Of a stretch of 64,000 nt of DNA, positions 24,608-39,500 are shown in pieces. The notes under the pieces were generated by a model. That model had not been told where the DNA came from. It ran no database searches and saw only the letters and a list, made by a program, of their open reading frames with translations. Each line of letters starts with the position of its first letter. The stretch's first letter is position 1. The stretch comes from Phoronis australis (Eukaryota; Animalia; Phoronida), in assembly GCA_002633005.1 (NCBI GenBank), contig NMRA01000571.1, forward strand, positions 16,180 to 80,179. The letters run 5' to 3'. Position numbers and translations under genes: made by a program.

Positions 24608-26367
24608 AACTGAGTTCCATCATCTTTCACGCAGTTACATATACCTTTCATTTAGTCCAATAAAAACAGCAGAAAATTAAGTTTAACTTACGAAGCAACA
24701 AATTACTACCACAGCCACCACAACCTTCACAAATGAATATTGTACTAACACAACAAACAAGACATAAGACAAGAATATATAACAAGAATATATAACAAGA
24801 AGAAAATGAATGTACTTTTTCTTATTATCAATAACTAACTCTGTAAAATTAATGAAATCCTTCACCAAAAATTTGACATTACAGTTCAAAGAACAGAGGG
24901 CAAAGTGACAAGATCGTTAAATGGTTTCAAAATAAGCACTCCTCATGTCAATTTAATTTAACTAAAGCAAAAATATACACTTATAACTTATACCCAAATC
25001 AATTATATTTGCCCACACCCAAACGAGATCGTAAGTGTTTTCAGCTTACATTTTGTTGGCAGTTCAGACTTCAGGAACAGACTACAAAATGGCATAGCCT
25101 ACGACAAGTACAGACCCGCCCCCTTTTGTCTAATAACCTCTTGGTGTATGTAGCTTGCCATGCTTGCACTGGGTAGACAACACCTTATTGGTTCCATCAC
25201 ACGCGATTACATGAAAAATGCAATAAATTTACAGGCTTTTTGTTCCTCTAATGCCTCTACCTACTTGTCGCCTACATGCAAGCTGAACCCATGACTCCAT
25301 GCGTGCTTTACACTCGTTTTCAATCAACATCTTCAGGACTAGGAATCCTAACATAACTGCATATTTACAATCCAAAAGTTAGCCAGTGGGAAACAATAAA
25401 ACCCAGGCGTCATACACAAACTTCTCGGGTAACGGTAATGCCCAATTTCCAAAACACTAGCAGATCATTTTTGTAGCTTAGTCTCATGGATGAAAATGAA
25501 GAGGTCATTTTTCGTGTGCCAAATTTTGACGAAAAATGCAGACTACTAACTGGCATGCATGAAAACAGGAACCCCTGCTACTAATCACAGTCTATTCATC
25601 ACATTATTCATTAGCATTGCACTGCACGAAAAATTCATTGGTTACTACACTCTCAGAACACACCATTTTGCATCTAAAGGTGTTATGTGGAGTATACCCA
25701 TGGCCTCTATAGAAGTACTTGCCTAGGTACGGATCCAGGATCATGACTAGAGGGGATCTGATAACGGACTGACATAAGAGTCACTTTGTACACCACCACA
25801 GAAGCAAAAGGGAAGTGGTTGCGCGAGGAGTTTAACTTCAATTGCACGTAACAGTCCCAAAAGGGACTCTTAGTTAGGTTCCCTAAATTTTCAATCCAAC
25901 TTGTACAAACACCACTATCCTTTCTTCTTCTACATTACCAGGTCAAGTTTTGAATCTGCTCCCTGCCAAGAGTTAACTATATGCCAAGTTCACACTAAAT
26001 AGGGACCTTTCCATGCAAAGCCCCTTATTTAAGAACCAAGTCTATGTACCTTCGATGAAATAAGAGCTCCGTTTTCAGGAAAATATTATTAAAAATGATG
26101 CAAATGAAAGAAAAGTTCACAATAAAGATAAAAGTGTTAGAAAAATATAACATTAGTGAGCAAAAAGGCTAAATATACACAGACAATTTAGGGAACCTAC
26201 TCGAGTCCCTATTGTGATTGTTTTACTTACCACCACTGGACCCCTGTAGCCAGGCCTGCAGTTAAGAGACCAGTAGGAATGGATTTGACTTGACAATGTC
26301 TACACACTATGCAACGGTAGTCATTTTTACATAACTACTATTCAAATATTACTGCTGTGAGGTAAAA

Positions 26368-26520
26368 CCTCACCAATTTCGGACAAAAATAAACGCCACA
26401 ATTGACCGTTTTAATTTTTCAAACGGCTTTAACATTGCTTTGGATTTCCCAAAACCTTGTTTGGTGGAAGCTACCACACAGAGCTTGTCTCTTGTGAAAA
26501 AAGACCAAACTGATCACTTG
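26368..26520 (+). repeat. Dispersed repeat (other copies at about 30293-30490 and about 57975)
   Basis: Shared ctcac.aatttc.gacaaaaataa... motif. Confidence 0.6.
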
Positions 26521-27536
26521 CTCATCATGCTGCAGACATGTTAAAGTAAATACAAGCTTGGGACAGGACTGGTGGCTCCTGCCAACACAAACTAAACAAC
26601 AACAGTTAAAGTGCAACATATCATAGTCTTGTCACCTGTCTAGTATTGCACTCACAGCTTTTAACAATTAGCAAGCCATGAAATTGACAAGAAATAGACC
26701 TATGTTTGATACAAATGTTAAATCATCAATAATTAAATTATTCTTGCAACACTCCAAAAATGAACACACCTGGTCCTGGATAATTCTAAGTAAAATGTAA
26801 CCATGGAGACAAAACTAATTATTTTTCGTACATCAAATGCTTCTAACATATTCAGGACGTTATCAGATGGAAGGCATTGTATCGAACTTAAAATAAATCA
26901 ACCAATAAAGCACACACCCAGGCTTCAAATAATCCAAATGCTAGATGGATTTTTACATTTTTACCAGAGGCTAGCCAAAACAGCAGAAGCAGACTGATTT
27001 CGCATAATTTAGTGGAGATAATGTCAACTAACGCCGTGCCAATTTAACGAAAGAAAAAACCTAGCCCGGCCAAATACTTTTGGATGTATTAAGTGACTAG
27101 AATGCAATGAATATCGGAAAGGTTACTGTGGCGAATGTACTTATGGGAAAAACAAAAAATATTCCTCTAACAAAATGTCATTGAGTATTCAAGCACATAC
27201 ATGAAGCTCATTTGAAGCCAATGTACAAAACCATAGCCAACAACAAATGCCATAAATATTTACAAAACTCAAAATATAAGGTCGCCTTCTCAAGAGTTTT
27301 CTCATATATACAAACAGTCAAAAATCATGCATTCAGATCGAGAAAGAAACACTGATTATTCGTGAACGTGAGCTCGGTTTTATTCAACGTCGGCGTAGAT
27401 CTGTAACAAGTTGATCATTGACGAGCAACCATTTATTCATTGGCTTTTGATGATGCGGATGTATGCGAAATGACACCTTTTGGGCAAAGCCAAATACAGA
27501 TCATGTGTACTCTTGAGCGGAGGAGCGAATGTCATT

Positions 27537-27596
27537 TCAGATGGTCGAGTCAGATCTGTCCGTTAGGTGAATCGTCTCAAAGTTGTGACTGCGGTC
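27537..27596 (-). CDS. ELAPOR2: ELAPOR terminal coding exon
   Basis: tttgcag|DRSHNFETIHLTDRSDSTI-TGA; resembles the recalled vertebrate tail motif F-D/E-S/T-V/I-x-L. Confidence 0.8.
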   Translation of the reverse strand, partial: DRSHNFETIHLTDRSDSTI

Positions 27597-30500
27597 CTGC
27601 AAAATATTCAGAAAATCACCGTGACACCTTAGGGTCTTCAGAGTAGACTGAGAAGGATCTTTTAAATATCTGCACTGTGCTGAATGCAGTCTGTCAAGCA
27701 GATACAACACTCAACTTCTTCTTAACACAGCATTTACAGGGGCATTCTTGTTGAACAAGACCAATGAACAGAAATTAGTGACAGTACAGCATCAACCCCA
27801 CTAACTCCAGTAGCAAACGAATGCTGTGCCGCTGAACCAAATACTACGCACTAAACAACAGAGTATTTTAATCGTACTTAAATGGTAAAGACACAGGTCC
27901 TGATTTAAGCGAACGTATGGCAGACAGCGGGAAAACTTATGAATTATTAATAAAATCACAAAAACACTACGTGTTTTGTTTTACAGCTCTGGCCAATGCC
28001 GACAACTTCAAGAAGTCCAATGATTATCCCTAAATGCATCTCGGGGCCATAAACCACGTCTCCTTTTGATGCAGAAAGACCCCGACACCATTTGTGCAAG
28101 TAATGAATAGTTCACACACTTAGCATTTCCCAATCACAGATAAACAGGGTCCAACTTTAAATGGCTAACAATACAAACTGAAGAGACAAACATAAAAATG
28201 CTAAAACAAGAAAGCAACGTTCATTTTCAAAATAAACACCTTGAACAAATAAGAAAGCAACCACTACATGATAAAGAAATAAAAAAGAATTTGAACGTAG
28301 TAACAACACAAACATAAACTAAACCCAACAAAACACAAGCAAAATGAACAAAATTTCTTTTTGTAAAGTTGAATGTCTTATTCTTAACAATGCTCGATCA
28401 TCTACAACCCAAAATATTCTGCCACAGTCTATAGTTGCTAGAGCTAAGACTGCGAGTCAGACAAGTCTGATAAAGACACTTCAACTGAACCACTAATTTC
28501 AATGGAATTCAAAATCATCGTTCACCACACTCATAATAGATTACAGGATGGCAACTGAGAAAAAAACAAACACCAAAACATATTTTGAACAAACGAGCAT
28601 CGTCAAGACAGAGACCTAGTTGAGAGCATGCCCACCAGTACCACAAAACTATCACCGCCACCACCGACCGGTTTACTCGTTCTCGTTACTCACGTCGAAA
28701 TAGTCCTTCTGTTTGTACGGAGGACTAGACTAAGAGGACAAAAGGGTGGATGAGATGAGAAAACAAAAGACGAGATCGCCACGCATACGAGCACACCGGA
28801 AAACCCTAAAATACAGTCCCTCATCCAGAAAACTTACAGTGTTGGTTAGTACTTCTGTCCAAGACAAAATGAGCGCTGAATTAGCCAGTCAGCAAGGTGA
28901 AGGTCATTAAGTCAGAGCAACTGAATTGCTTTTACAGGTGACAGTGGGAATTCTAGTGACGATATGCCACAATGTATGTTGGTTTTTGTGTGCAGGGCTT
29001 CAGGCCTAAGCGAGTTTAAGCATCAAGATAGAAAATCTTCCCTCTTCTGTAAGTTTGGAAACACCCAATTGGTCTATTAAGAAAGGGCCAACCCAAAACC
29101 AACCTGTCAGTCAGCAATACAAGGGCCCGCCCACTTGACAGATTTCCTTATTGGTGAGGACCACAATTCATTAACTTGATTTCAAAAATGTTCTGCACGT
29201 AATCAAAATGCAGTCACATTTTAATAAAACGCACAACTCAAGACAACAACATATTGAGTCAATCCCCCTTGCTGCCAGTCACTGTTTTCAGGCAGAGGAA
29301 GCCTGCCCCCTTTCTGTTTTCATGTAACCAGTCTTGAACTTTTTTACTTTTTGTACGTAAGTGGCCTAGCCACCCTTCACAGATGACACAAAATGAAATC
29401 CCACTCGGGTTTTCCATCTCAAAAATGCCGAGCTGCACTCCACATTTCATTTGACACGAAGAACGAAACAAGTCCTGCCTACCTTGCTGCCAGTCATCGA
29501 CTTGATCTTGCCCAACAGGCCGCCACCCCTCTCCTTGAACTCGACGGCATCAAAGTGGTCATTCTCCTCGTCTTCGCTATCAATACACTGAGGGGGCGCC
29601 GGTAGTTCACCATCCTTTCCGTCGCCACCTGCCACTAACTTCATATATTTGTACTCCAATCTGGAACACACATATCACACTGAAGATGAACAACTGGAGC
29701 TTTAGGCCAAAGGGTCAACAGGAAGATGAAGATGAACTCTTGTTTCAGTTAGAACCATCACCAGTGCTGACACATGGAGTCATTGGATACATTAGACAAC
29801 ATGCAAACCAACCCAAAGTAGCCAGAAAAATGGTTATTCAAGACAAATATCAAGTGACGACAATTCCTACCCAAGACAACAGTTTTGGCTCCCCCGATCT
29901 TCATATCATTTACCCACACGAGGTGATATCTCGCTACCTGAAAAGAGAACCCACATGGGGCTAAGTGAATCGACACTTAAAGCTACGTAGTCCAACTTAC
30001 TTCCTATTCTTCTTCCAGCAGTAGCACAGCGAGATTAAGCAGACGGCGCCGAGGAGGACGACACCGCCGACGATGAGGCCAATGATGATCTTCATCTCAT
30101 TGGTCAGCGCATCCAGACGGAGCACCTGGCACTTCTGGTGTGACTCTAAATTCTTGTGATTGCCAGATAACAAGCAGTAGCTGCAACGCAACACAATGAC
30201 GTTGGATTATGTGTGTGTGACAAGCCACAGCCAAGATCTGCCACACGACAATGAACTAATGAGATTGACATATTCAAATAAACTAATGGGAAAATCTCAC
30301 TAATTTCGGACAAAAATAATCCAAAATTGTCCCTTTAGCATTTTTTAAGGGCTTCTAACATCGCTGTGAATGGCAACAATTTTTCAAAACTTTGTTTAGC
30401 AGCAGCTGTTGAATGAAACCTGAAGAGAGAATATTATTAATTTTTCTGGCACACGTTTCATGGAAAAAATGACCAAGTAACAATTCACTTATCGGCCATA

Positions 30501-33500
30501 TTGTGTCCCAGTCAGTGAGACTTCACCATAGGCAGACTTCACCAGAGCTCCGCCTAACTTGGCGGCCAAACTTCTTGCCAGAATTATTTAGCAGGTTCAG
30601 CTGTAGAATTTTGGTCGTAATGAAACAGCATTTTGTCGAATTTCAATGACATGGGCGGCTAACAGTTTTTGGAAGCGAACTTGCGACAAAGCGTGTGAAG
30701 CAATACTCGTAGGGATTTTGTTGAGTTTCGATTCAGTGTGTTTGCCAAAAACAGCATACAAACTGCCTGGTTTAACAGGTGATAAACTTTTGTGTATAAA
30801 GATATATTGGCAGCCAATAGAATAGTGACCACCTGACTACACTCTCAACCACGTATCAGGTAAGTTGGCTTCCAGCGAACACAAATCCTATTAAGATGTC
30901 ACCAACTTTCCCACTGACCTAGAACAGGGCATGGTGGGACATCGGGGATTATCTCCACATGAACTATATGACTAAACCTGAGAACTGGGAAATTGTCTGC
31001 CACCAACATATTATCCAGGTCTGTTGATTGACATGCCAGGGCGATTATAAGGAGACAATGTGATGGGACAAGACATTGGACATCTGGTCAAACACGTGTT
31101 ATTTTATTTAAAAACTGTATGATTGTATCTTTCACTTTAACCAAATGGCAAAATTCATCACTGCTAAGTGCAAACAACTTACACAGGAGCAATGTAGGTG
31201 ATTTTCTGAAGACCCTTGATACACTCGCCTTTGACCTCGCGGTAGTCGGCCTCGCGACATGACGGGCACGCCCAGCGCGTGCGCCACAGAATGTGGAATG
31301 TGCAGCCGTCGCACGTGCCATCTGGGCACTTGGGTGGCAGCTCCATAGTGCCGTTGCCATCCTCTTTGGGATCACACTGCAGTGTGACCACAGTGGAGCG
31401 TCCATTAGGGCAAGCCAGTGTGGGACTGTAATAACAAAGTAAGGAAGTCAACAAATAGAAATGTGACACTGCAATACAATGTCAGACATGTTACAAAATA
31501 TCAAATAACCTCCACAACTTATGCAGGCCACATGCTGTATTCACATGACAGTATGTGAAGATGACATTATGCAGAAGCGCCCCCTATCCTGTCCCAACAT
31601 CTTATTCTGTCTGCACCACTTTCTCACCAGATGGAGGTGTGCACGATGACAATGTATTCAAGAACTGTCCATCAATTCACTATGCTCCCATCACTTCCTC
31701 TGCCGACAGAGTTGCATGAAACTAATATTTTACAGCACCGCCCCCAACTCCTCCCAACGTCTAACATCACTCAGCTCACTTCCACGCCTGATGCACAGTA
31801 CCTCCTCTAACTTCCTAATCAGACATTATCAATTCCACGCAAGTCACTGCCTTACCAATCACAGTTGTGTGCGAAGATGTCGCTCTACAAAACAACCCTT
31901 AACCCTTATCCCTACAATTCATTAATGCCACCCAAACTCCGCCCACATCACTGCCTCACCAATCAAAGTTGTGTGCGAAGATGTCTTTCTACTTCACAAC
32001 CCTTAACCCTTTTTCCCTACAATTCATTAATGCCATCCAAACTCCGCCCACATCACTGCCCCATCAATCAAACTTGTGTGTGAAAATATCACTAAACAAC
32101 GTCACTCCAAACATTTTCCAACATCTAACTTTGCCCGCATCACTCTGACAGCTAAGAGAACCACGTAAGAAGACATCAGGTTACATGTCCATTCTTAACT
32201 CCTCCCAACTCCGCCCACTTCCCCGCCTCACCTGATGGAGTTGTAGACAAAGTGAATGAAGATGTCATCATCCTTGGTGCGATACTGCAGCTCCTTAATT
32301 GTTGCCGTCAGATTCTTATCCATGGAAATCTGGGTCAGTGTGTCACCCAGGCTAGAATGGACAAACGTTCAAAACATGTTTAAATTCTCACACATTACGA
32401 TTCTATTAAAATTTGTACAAAATAATTGCAACAAACCACCATGACTTCACTTTCAAGGGCTTACTTTCTTGCCACAAACCATCATGATTTTACAAAGTGC
32501 TCTTTTTAGCAGATGAGTAGTTCGAACAGAGACGTCTATGAAGTTGATAAATTTATATTTCTTTGGTAAAATTAGGCAAAATATTTACTACTCGTTTTAA
32601 AAGAATAGAAACTATGTGATGTTTTATATAAAAATCGAGAACAATGACAATCTGTCACTTTTTATCAAAAAAACGTGGTTAAAGGAAAACATTGCATCAT
32701 TCAATAAGCTGTATGCAAGACAAACCCATAGTACATGTTGGAGTGAAAGTTTGTCAACATACATTTACCATCAAGTTGCCATTCCCACTGATAAAGATGA
32801 GCTCTACATCTGACACATCCAACACAACAACCAATTGGAATCAATGCAATGGGGTCTCTTTACTGTTCCCAAAGCAATATTTCTTCACTACAGTAACCCT
32901 TGAGTTTGGGGCAGTCTCGAAAATTTGGGACACCGAATCCAAGCCCAAACTCGATTTTCTTGACTGTGATGACTGAGCAGTGAGCTATTTTGTCAATCAT
33001 AGGGCACTGTGTTTTGTTATGAAGAGAGTCTGCAGTTTTACTTAGAAGTTCATAAAATTGCTAAGTAGCCACTCACACAACATATCCACGTGTCCCGATA
33101 GTGGGCATTGTGGGTTATATCAGGGTGAATGATTCTTAGTTAACTTGAGATGACCAATATTGGACAATTTCTTAATTTTCATACCAACTCCAACCCTGAG
33201 CAAAATAATTAATTTCTCACCGTCCCAAACTGGAGAAGTATACCAAGGTGAACACCCCAAAAAGAATCCCTGAGCTAGCGTTATTACCTGACTGGCTGTG
33301 CCGAGAGGGTCTTGCCACCGGCTGTCTTTGGCGGTATGACTGTGGAACGGCAGACCATAGCCTCAACCACATTATCCATGTCCCAGGACTGTAATATTAT
33401 GGGTCACATTTGAACAGGTAAGATAGACACCGTAAAAAGTCTTCAACACAAAAGAACACATACTTCACTGTTACAGTTTTTGATAGCATTCATACACTGA

Positions 33501-36500
33501 GCATTTACACCGAAACTACAAAATCCCCAAATGGGATTTTAAGCTGAACAAAACTGAACATGGGTGTATAAAGAGTGAAGCATTTGAAAATTCAGTGTGG
33601 CTGTTAACCCCTAAACATCAGCAACCGATTAGCCTAAAAACTTGCCTGACATTTCAGTATTGTTGATACAGCATTTAATTAGAGAGAAATCTATATACAA
33701 CAAAAAAATGCAGTAACCATAAATTTGTAAAAAATAAGCTCCAGAACGTTCTGGAGCAAGCAAACGACTAACTAATGAAAAACAAAAATTATAATTGTCA
33801 TTAAACAGAAAACAAGATTTGCAATCCCTTCCAATAGGGTAAAATTGCACCAATTTCCGACAACACCATTCTCCAAAATAGCTCAAAATTTCATTGTAAG
33901 GGCCTCTTACACTGCTGTAAATGTCCACAGCTTTTCAAAATATTATTTGTTGGTAGCAAGGTTACTGAACTGAAATATTACAAAATATGATTTAAAAAAA
34001 AAAATAGAACAAATGTTCACTTGTCCACCACATGGTATCTTGAATTGGTGACATTTATATATCTTATCATAATGTGAGTAATCATATAACATATGGCCAC
34101 AGCCCGCTTACAACATGTACATACGAATAGATGGCAGACCCCCTCCCACCATACCCTCCCACAGGGACCCTATGTCTTACCATCTTGGTCAAGTTGTGTA
34201 CACAGCGTACGGGGGCCGGCCCCTGCGAGCTGCACACCATTAAGTTGATCACATGCGCATACTGCGCAAAGAGCACATTGGACTCGTCAAAAATCATGCG
34301 ACTGAGAACAGCGTGCGACCTAGCAGGGCCCGAGAAATAGACGGACAGAAACACGTTAGTGGGTTGATAGCCACCAGACAAGGACAGCTCCCAAGCTATG
34401 AAGTACAGACATGGGGAACAACGCCTACGAAATGCATGCCTGGGGTCAAACAAGGTTTAAACAAAAAGAAAAAATGTCTTGCGCATGACCATTCACAAGA
34501 AGCAAGCTAAGTATTGGCATGTTTTGGACACAAATTATTGGATGGAAAACAATCATGTCCAGTACAGTATTGCCTTCCTTCTCATTGAAGAAATAGTAAA
34601 AACTTTTTCCTCCCAGGTTCCTTTCTTTTTCAGATCAATTCTTGCAAAAAAGGTGACAGCAACAAACTGTCGAGAACCCATACTATGCCACAAAATTTGT
34701 TTGGGACTAATTTTTACTTAAGTGGCAGTGTGTAGACAACCATGTCAATTAGCCAAAACATCATACTTGCGTCAGCATGACAGTAATTCACAATACTGCA
34801 AAATGCTCATGCGCAACAGACACCTAAACAAAGGGGCATATCATTCTTTCACACAACCCTTAATGCACATTACAAAACAGGTTACTCCACTGCACAAAAT
34901 AATCTTAGGTATTTGGAAACCAATGAGTTTAAATACCAAGCGTCTTCAACATAGTGCCATTTTGTATAACGGTCTCCGATGCAGATTACGTTTGTTGGCA
35001 GAAAAAAATTGCTTTTATTGCAAGAAACACAGTAATCACTTACAGTGGCACCATATTTTGAGGACCAAATTTCTTCACTAAATGACAGGCATTAGAGGGG
35101 CGGCTCTAAGCAACTACTACCAGAACAATTTTCAGATACCTCTGATAGTGCTAATCAGCTTATTCTAAAAATGTTACATTCAGGACTGCTATGGGAGGAA
35201 ATGCACCTTTAAATAAAGACAACAAATTAAGGCTGTAAAGAAAATGAACACGGTACCAGAAACAGGTGAAAGAAAACAACACAACAAAGCAAGAAACAAA
35301 TAAGAAAACAAAAAACAAAAATGGGTTAGTAAAAGCTGAAACTAAGAGAAAAAAAAACTGTTAGTAAAGCATGCCTACAAAGACCAAACAGTCCTAATAG
35401 CTGAATGTTTGCATATGTGCGCATTTTATGCCTGCAACAAAACGTTCGATTTGATACTAGTGTCACAGAAAGAAAACTGAAGACAAACCACTAAGCTTGC
35501 ACCATAAAACATTACATGGGGTGTAAATGATGGAGCACGTCCCACAAACCAATAGTGTGGACAGTATTTTGAACATTACAACCCGCTTTCTTCCCAATCC
35601 AATAGCAATTTGCACTACCCGCCTTTCAAACAGAGACTGCACATCATGGTGAAGCAAGTATATCCATCTCATGCAGTTAGTTCAGGAGAAACCTGGTATC
35701 CTGCAGGGAATACTTTTCACGTTTCTCAGACAACCAATGAAAATGCGTCAAAACTCCTGGCAAACGGAGATCGACGATCACACAGTCGACTACATTTAAC
35801 TTTAAAAACAGAGAAGAGAAAACAACCATTTAGTTGTCTAATTCGATTTCACCCTGATCAGGCTGTAAAGATTTTTTATTCATTCATTGTCGGTGAACTT
35901 GTATGGAGAAAAGCCAGATTTTGGCAACATCATCATACAGTCAAGAAAAAGCCACATCCATGAATGATGAAATACTATCTTGCCTAGATCACCTCTATAA
36001 GGTACGAGGAACAAACTGCCATTAGCCAACCACCACCAACAAAAAGCCTGACCCATCCCAAATTGCCATGGTAACTACCTCAGACTCTCCATCAATGACG
36101 CCCTGTTAAATGAGGTTAAAGGTTAGGGGGTCACCGCATGTAATACCATGAAACACATGCAGGTGATGGTTAATGGTTTAACCAAGCAGTGTGTTAAACA
36201 TGGGTCACAGAAATGAGGTTATGGCTATGATTTTGTCAAAGACAGAACGCTTGCAATTCAAAGGCGTTAAAATTAAGGTAGATCTGATCAGACAGTTGAT
36301 TACTGAGGTCCGTCAACACAAACATGTGGAGACATTTAGTAGGCCTTTTATACCGGACATTCAGGTGATAGAAATAGACTTGCTGGAACGTGGGACTGCA
36401 TTACTATTCCCTAGCCAACTAAGTAAAAGACATGCTTATGTCACTTACAGAGATCCACATTTTGAGAAGCAGTTTTCTCCACCGAATAACTGGCATGAAA

Positions 36501-39500
36501 CTGATTCTGAAAATCTAGGTCCCTGGGCTATGGCCCACAACACCAAAGGCCAGTTCACAAGCGACTGCCAACACACGAGTCATAATTCCTCTGTTGTTTC
36601 AAAAGTACTGGATGATGAATACCGATCTTACAAATCTCGGGAATGTATTCCGTAGAGCCATGAATTGGGCGAAATCACACAAAATCACGGACGAAAAGGC
36701 AAGTGTCGCGATTAAGTTGGCGACCGTAATTAAGCTAACACGAGAAAAATTTCCGCCTGTGAAGTTACTGACTACCACAAGATTGGAATGAAGAATTATT
36801 GGAGAGAATTCAATTGCTGTCTCAGAGTTCTCATTGCAAGTTTATTATGCAAATGTCTTGGGTTACGGAAAGCACTCTAGCTTGATATTTGTACAAGTCA
36901 TCACTTAGCCTAACTAAATGGATAAATTCAGTTGACTAAGAGACGGTAATATGCAAGCAATTCCGTCAGTAACTATAGGCCTTTGGTATAAGGACATCGA
37001 TGAAACATTTTTGTACAGAGAACCAGGTGAAACTACCTCCATCTGTTGAAGAGTGATGTTGTTCTGGCACGTGGCGTGCGATTGGCTAGCCGCGGGACAC
37101 AGGAGAAGCTGGAAGTTGTGGAGGTACTGCGTACCGCTGGACGTGAACAGGAACCCGCCGCTGACATCGTGAACTCTGTGGGGGGCGTGGAAGAGAGAGT
37201 GTGTGTGGATGAATATGAGATAAAACTGAACATCATTATGTAGCACTCTTCATGTAAGAAGGCCCATGAAGCTTTGGTAGACATGTAAAAGCTAAAGAAA
37301 GGCAAAACGAGATGCTATTTTATAGTACAAAAGGGAGTTCGGAATCCACTAGGTGACGCTTGTGAGCCAATGTTGACAATTTACGTTCCTCTGAAACATA
37401 AAGAGCAACTTCTGCTTTTCGAGGTGAACGTTGTCTGCAACGCCGCGGTAAGAAAGGAATTTGTTGCGGAAATTTTATATCAAATCCGATTTTTTTACGC
37501 AGAAATATAATAAAATGCGCGGACAGAACATTTGAAAAAAGTGGAAATCCGCGTTTCCGCGGAAAATTCCAAGCCCTGAACAGGAGAATTTTTGCTGCAG
37601 TGCTACCTCGTAAACACAAACTTTCCCGACAAAACAGCCTAAAAATAAGACAGAGTAAAAGTCAATTTCAACACGTCGACAGGACTACAAAAGAAATGGC
37701 CTGAAAACATGTCTTACTAACAGTAACCAGATATTAACATAAATATTCAGGGCCTCGTTTCACGAAAAGTGATATAAGACTTGAGTCGGAAATTTAGTCT
37801 TACGCTCTCAATTTGCTATTACTGGCTGCAACTTAATATTTTTAAAGGCTATCATTAGTACATCACACTTTAGCATCAAGATTTCAAGATTATTGTAATG
37901 TTTAGACTTTAGAGTAATTATGGGTACATTCTCAAAGACATTGTACTTTTTACTCAAGTGAGATTAGCTAATTCAGTTGTGTTAACCACAAGACCAAATG
38001 CCTGATTAAGTCTTACATCATTTTTCATGAAATGGGTGCATGACGATCTTTTATTAACAGACGATTACAACAGACTGCCAGTATTACAACTGAAATTAAT
38101 ATTAATGTCTTTTGTCATTTACTGATCAGGGACTACAACTACATCTGCTACAGCCCAGAAAAAATGATGGGATTTGAACCCACTCTTTCACAGATAGAAT
38201 AAAATAATGTAAACAAGAGACTTACTAGCTCTGTCAATGACAGATAAATGCATATATATTTTCCAAGATATTTGATATATCGGTAAAAGTTATCATTTAG
38301 TAAACCAAAAAATATCAAACCTATTGTTTAGACATGGGAAGCAGCAGTCCAGAAATGTTTGAAGGGGTGACAAATTTATCAATCGGTTTAATCTTGAGCC
38401 TGCTAAAAACTGACAGATGAGCAAACCTTACACAAAAAATCCATTCAGTGTTTTTATTGACTGTCTTACCCAGATAAGCTTGTGAAGTTGAACTGCTTGC
38501 CGTCGGCACCAGTATAGAGACAATCGCTATAGCAGGTCTTGTGGTCGTCCGTCTTGAGTCCCTCGCCGCAGGGCTGGCAAGACTCGCGGCCAAACGCGTG
38601 GTTACTGTTGATGACTGTGTTAGGAGGGCACTGTACACAGCTCATAGACTCACTGCTGATGTACTGGCCGTCAGGACAGGGGACACAACTGTGGAGTAGG
38701 CAGGGGAGACAATTAGCTAGGTGGTGTAGTTTTGACCAAACATAGTAAAGTGTGAAGGGTTCGCAGGAGATAATCAACACTTCAGCAGATGACAAACACA
38801 GTTCCTTGACTGACTCTTAATGGAGTGCCATTCTGGAAAATAAACACAACTGAGGACTAGACAGGCAACAGAGAGGTTTCAAGCTCGCTCTCTTCCGTGA
38901 CCAACTGCTAACATGGATGACAATCCCCAAATAATAAAGGAACCAATGAGTGAGGGTAAAAAATTGAGTCTCACTGTTCTTCACAGAGAATATCTCCACT
39001 CAATCATTCCTGCTGGATTTTAATACCGAATATTGAAAAAACCACAAGCTGTCACGTCACAAACCTTCTTCCCTTGTTGCGATTTCCCCAGCAACATTGT
39101 TGGAGAACTCACCCGTCAGCGTCGCTGGTTCGCGGACACTGCACGCATTCAGCAGCTCCACCTGTCAGCGTGTTTGTGATGTTGATGGAGTAGATACGAG
39201 CAACGTCACCTGTCCGCTTGTACTGCACCTTGCCGTCACGGAAGGCGCTGTCGAAGGTAGTCTTCTGGAAGGCCCACGAAAACGAGACAGGCTCTGTCTT
39301 GGTGATGATGGCTCTGAGAATGAACAAAGATCACGAGGTGGAGAAGAGGTAACATGAAATATCACCCATTTGGGACACAATATGGCTGACAAATGAAATT
39401 CTTTTTCTCATTTTTTCCAAGAAAGATATGTAACGCGTACATCCAATGCAAACATTAAGCAACCCTGCCAGCCTTATAAACAGGCAAAAACAGGACAACT

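Noticed and set aside
28241-28264. 24-nt in-frame candidate exon WLLSYLFK in the last ELAPOR intron
   Set aside because: Weak donor (gtgttt), and the U-rich sequence looks like intronic pyrimidine tract
36191-36655. 154-aa + strand ORF nested in an ELAPOR intron
   Set aside because: Non-ATG start, no recognisable motifs, no splice support
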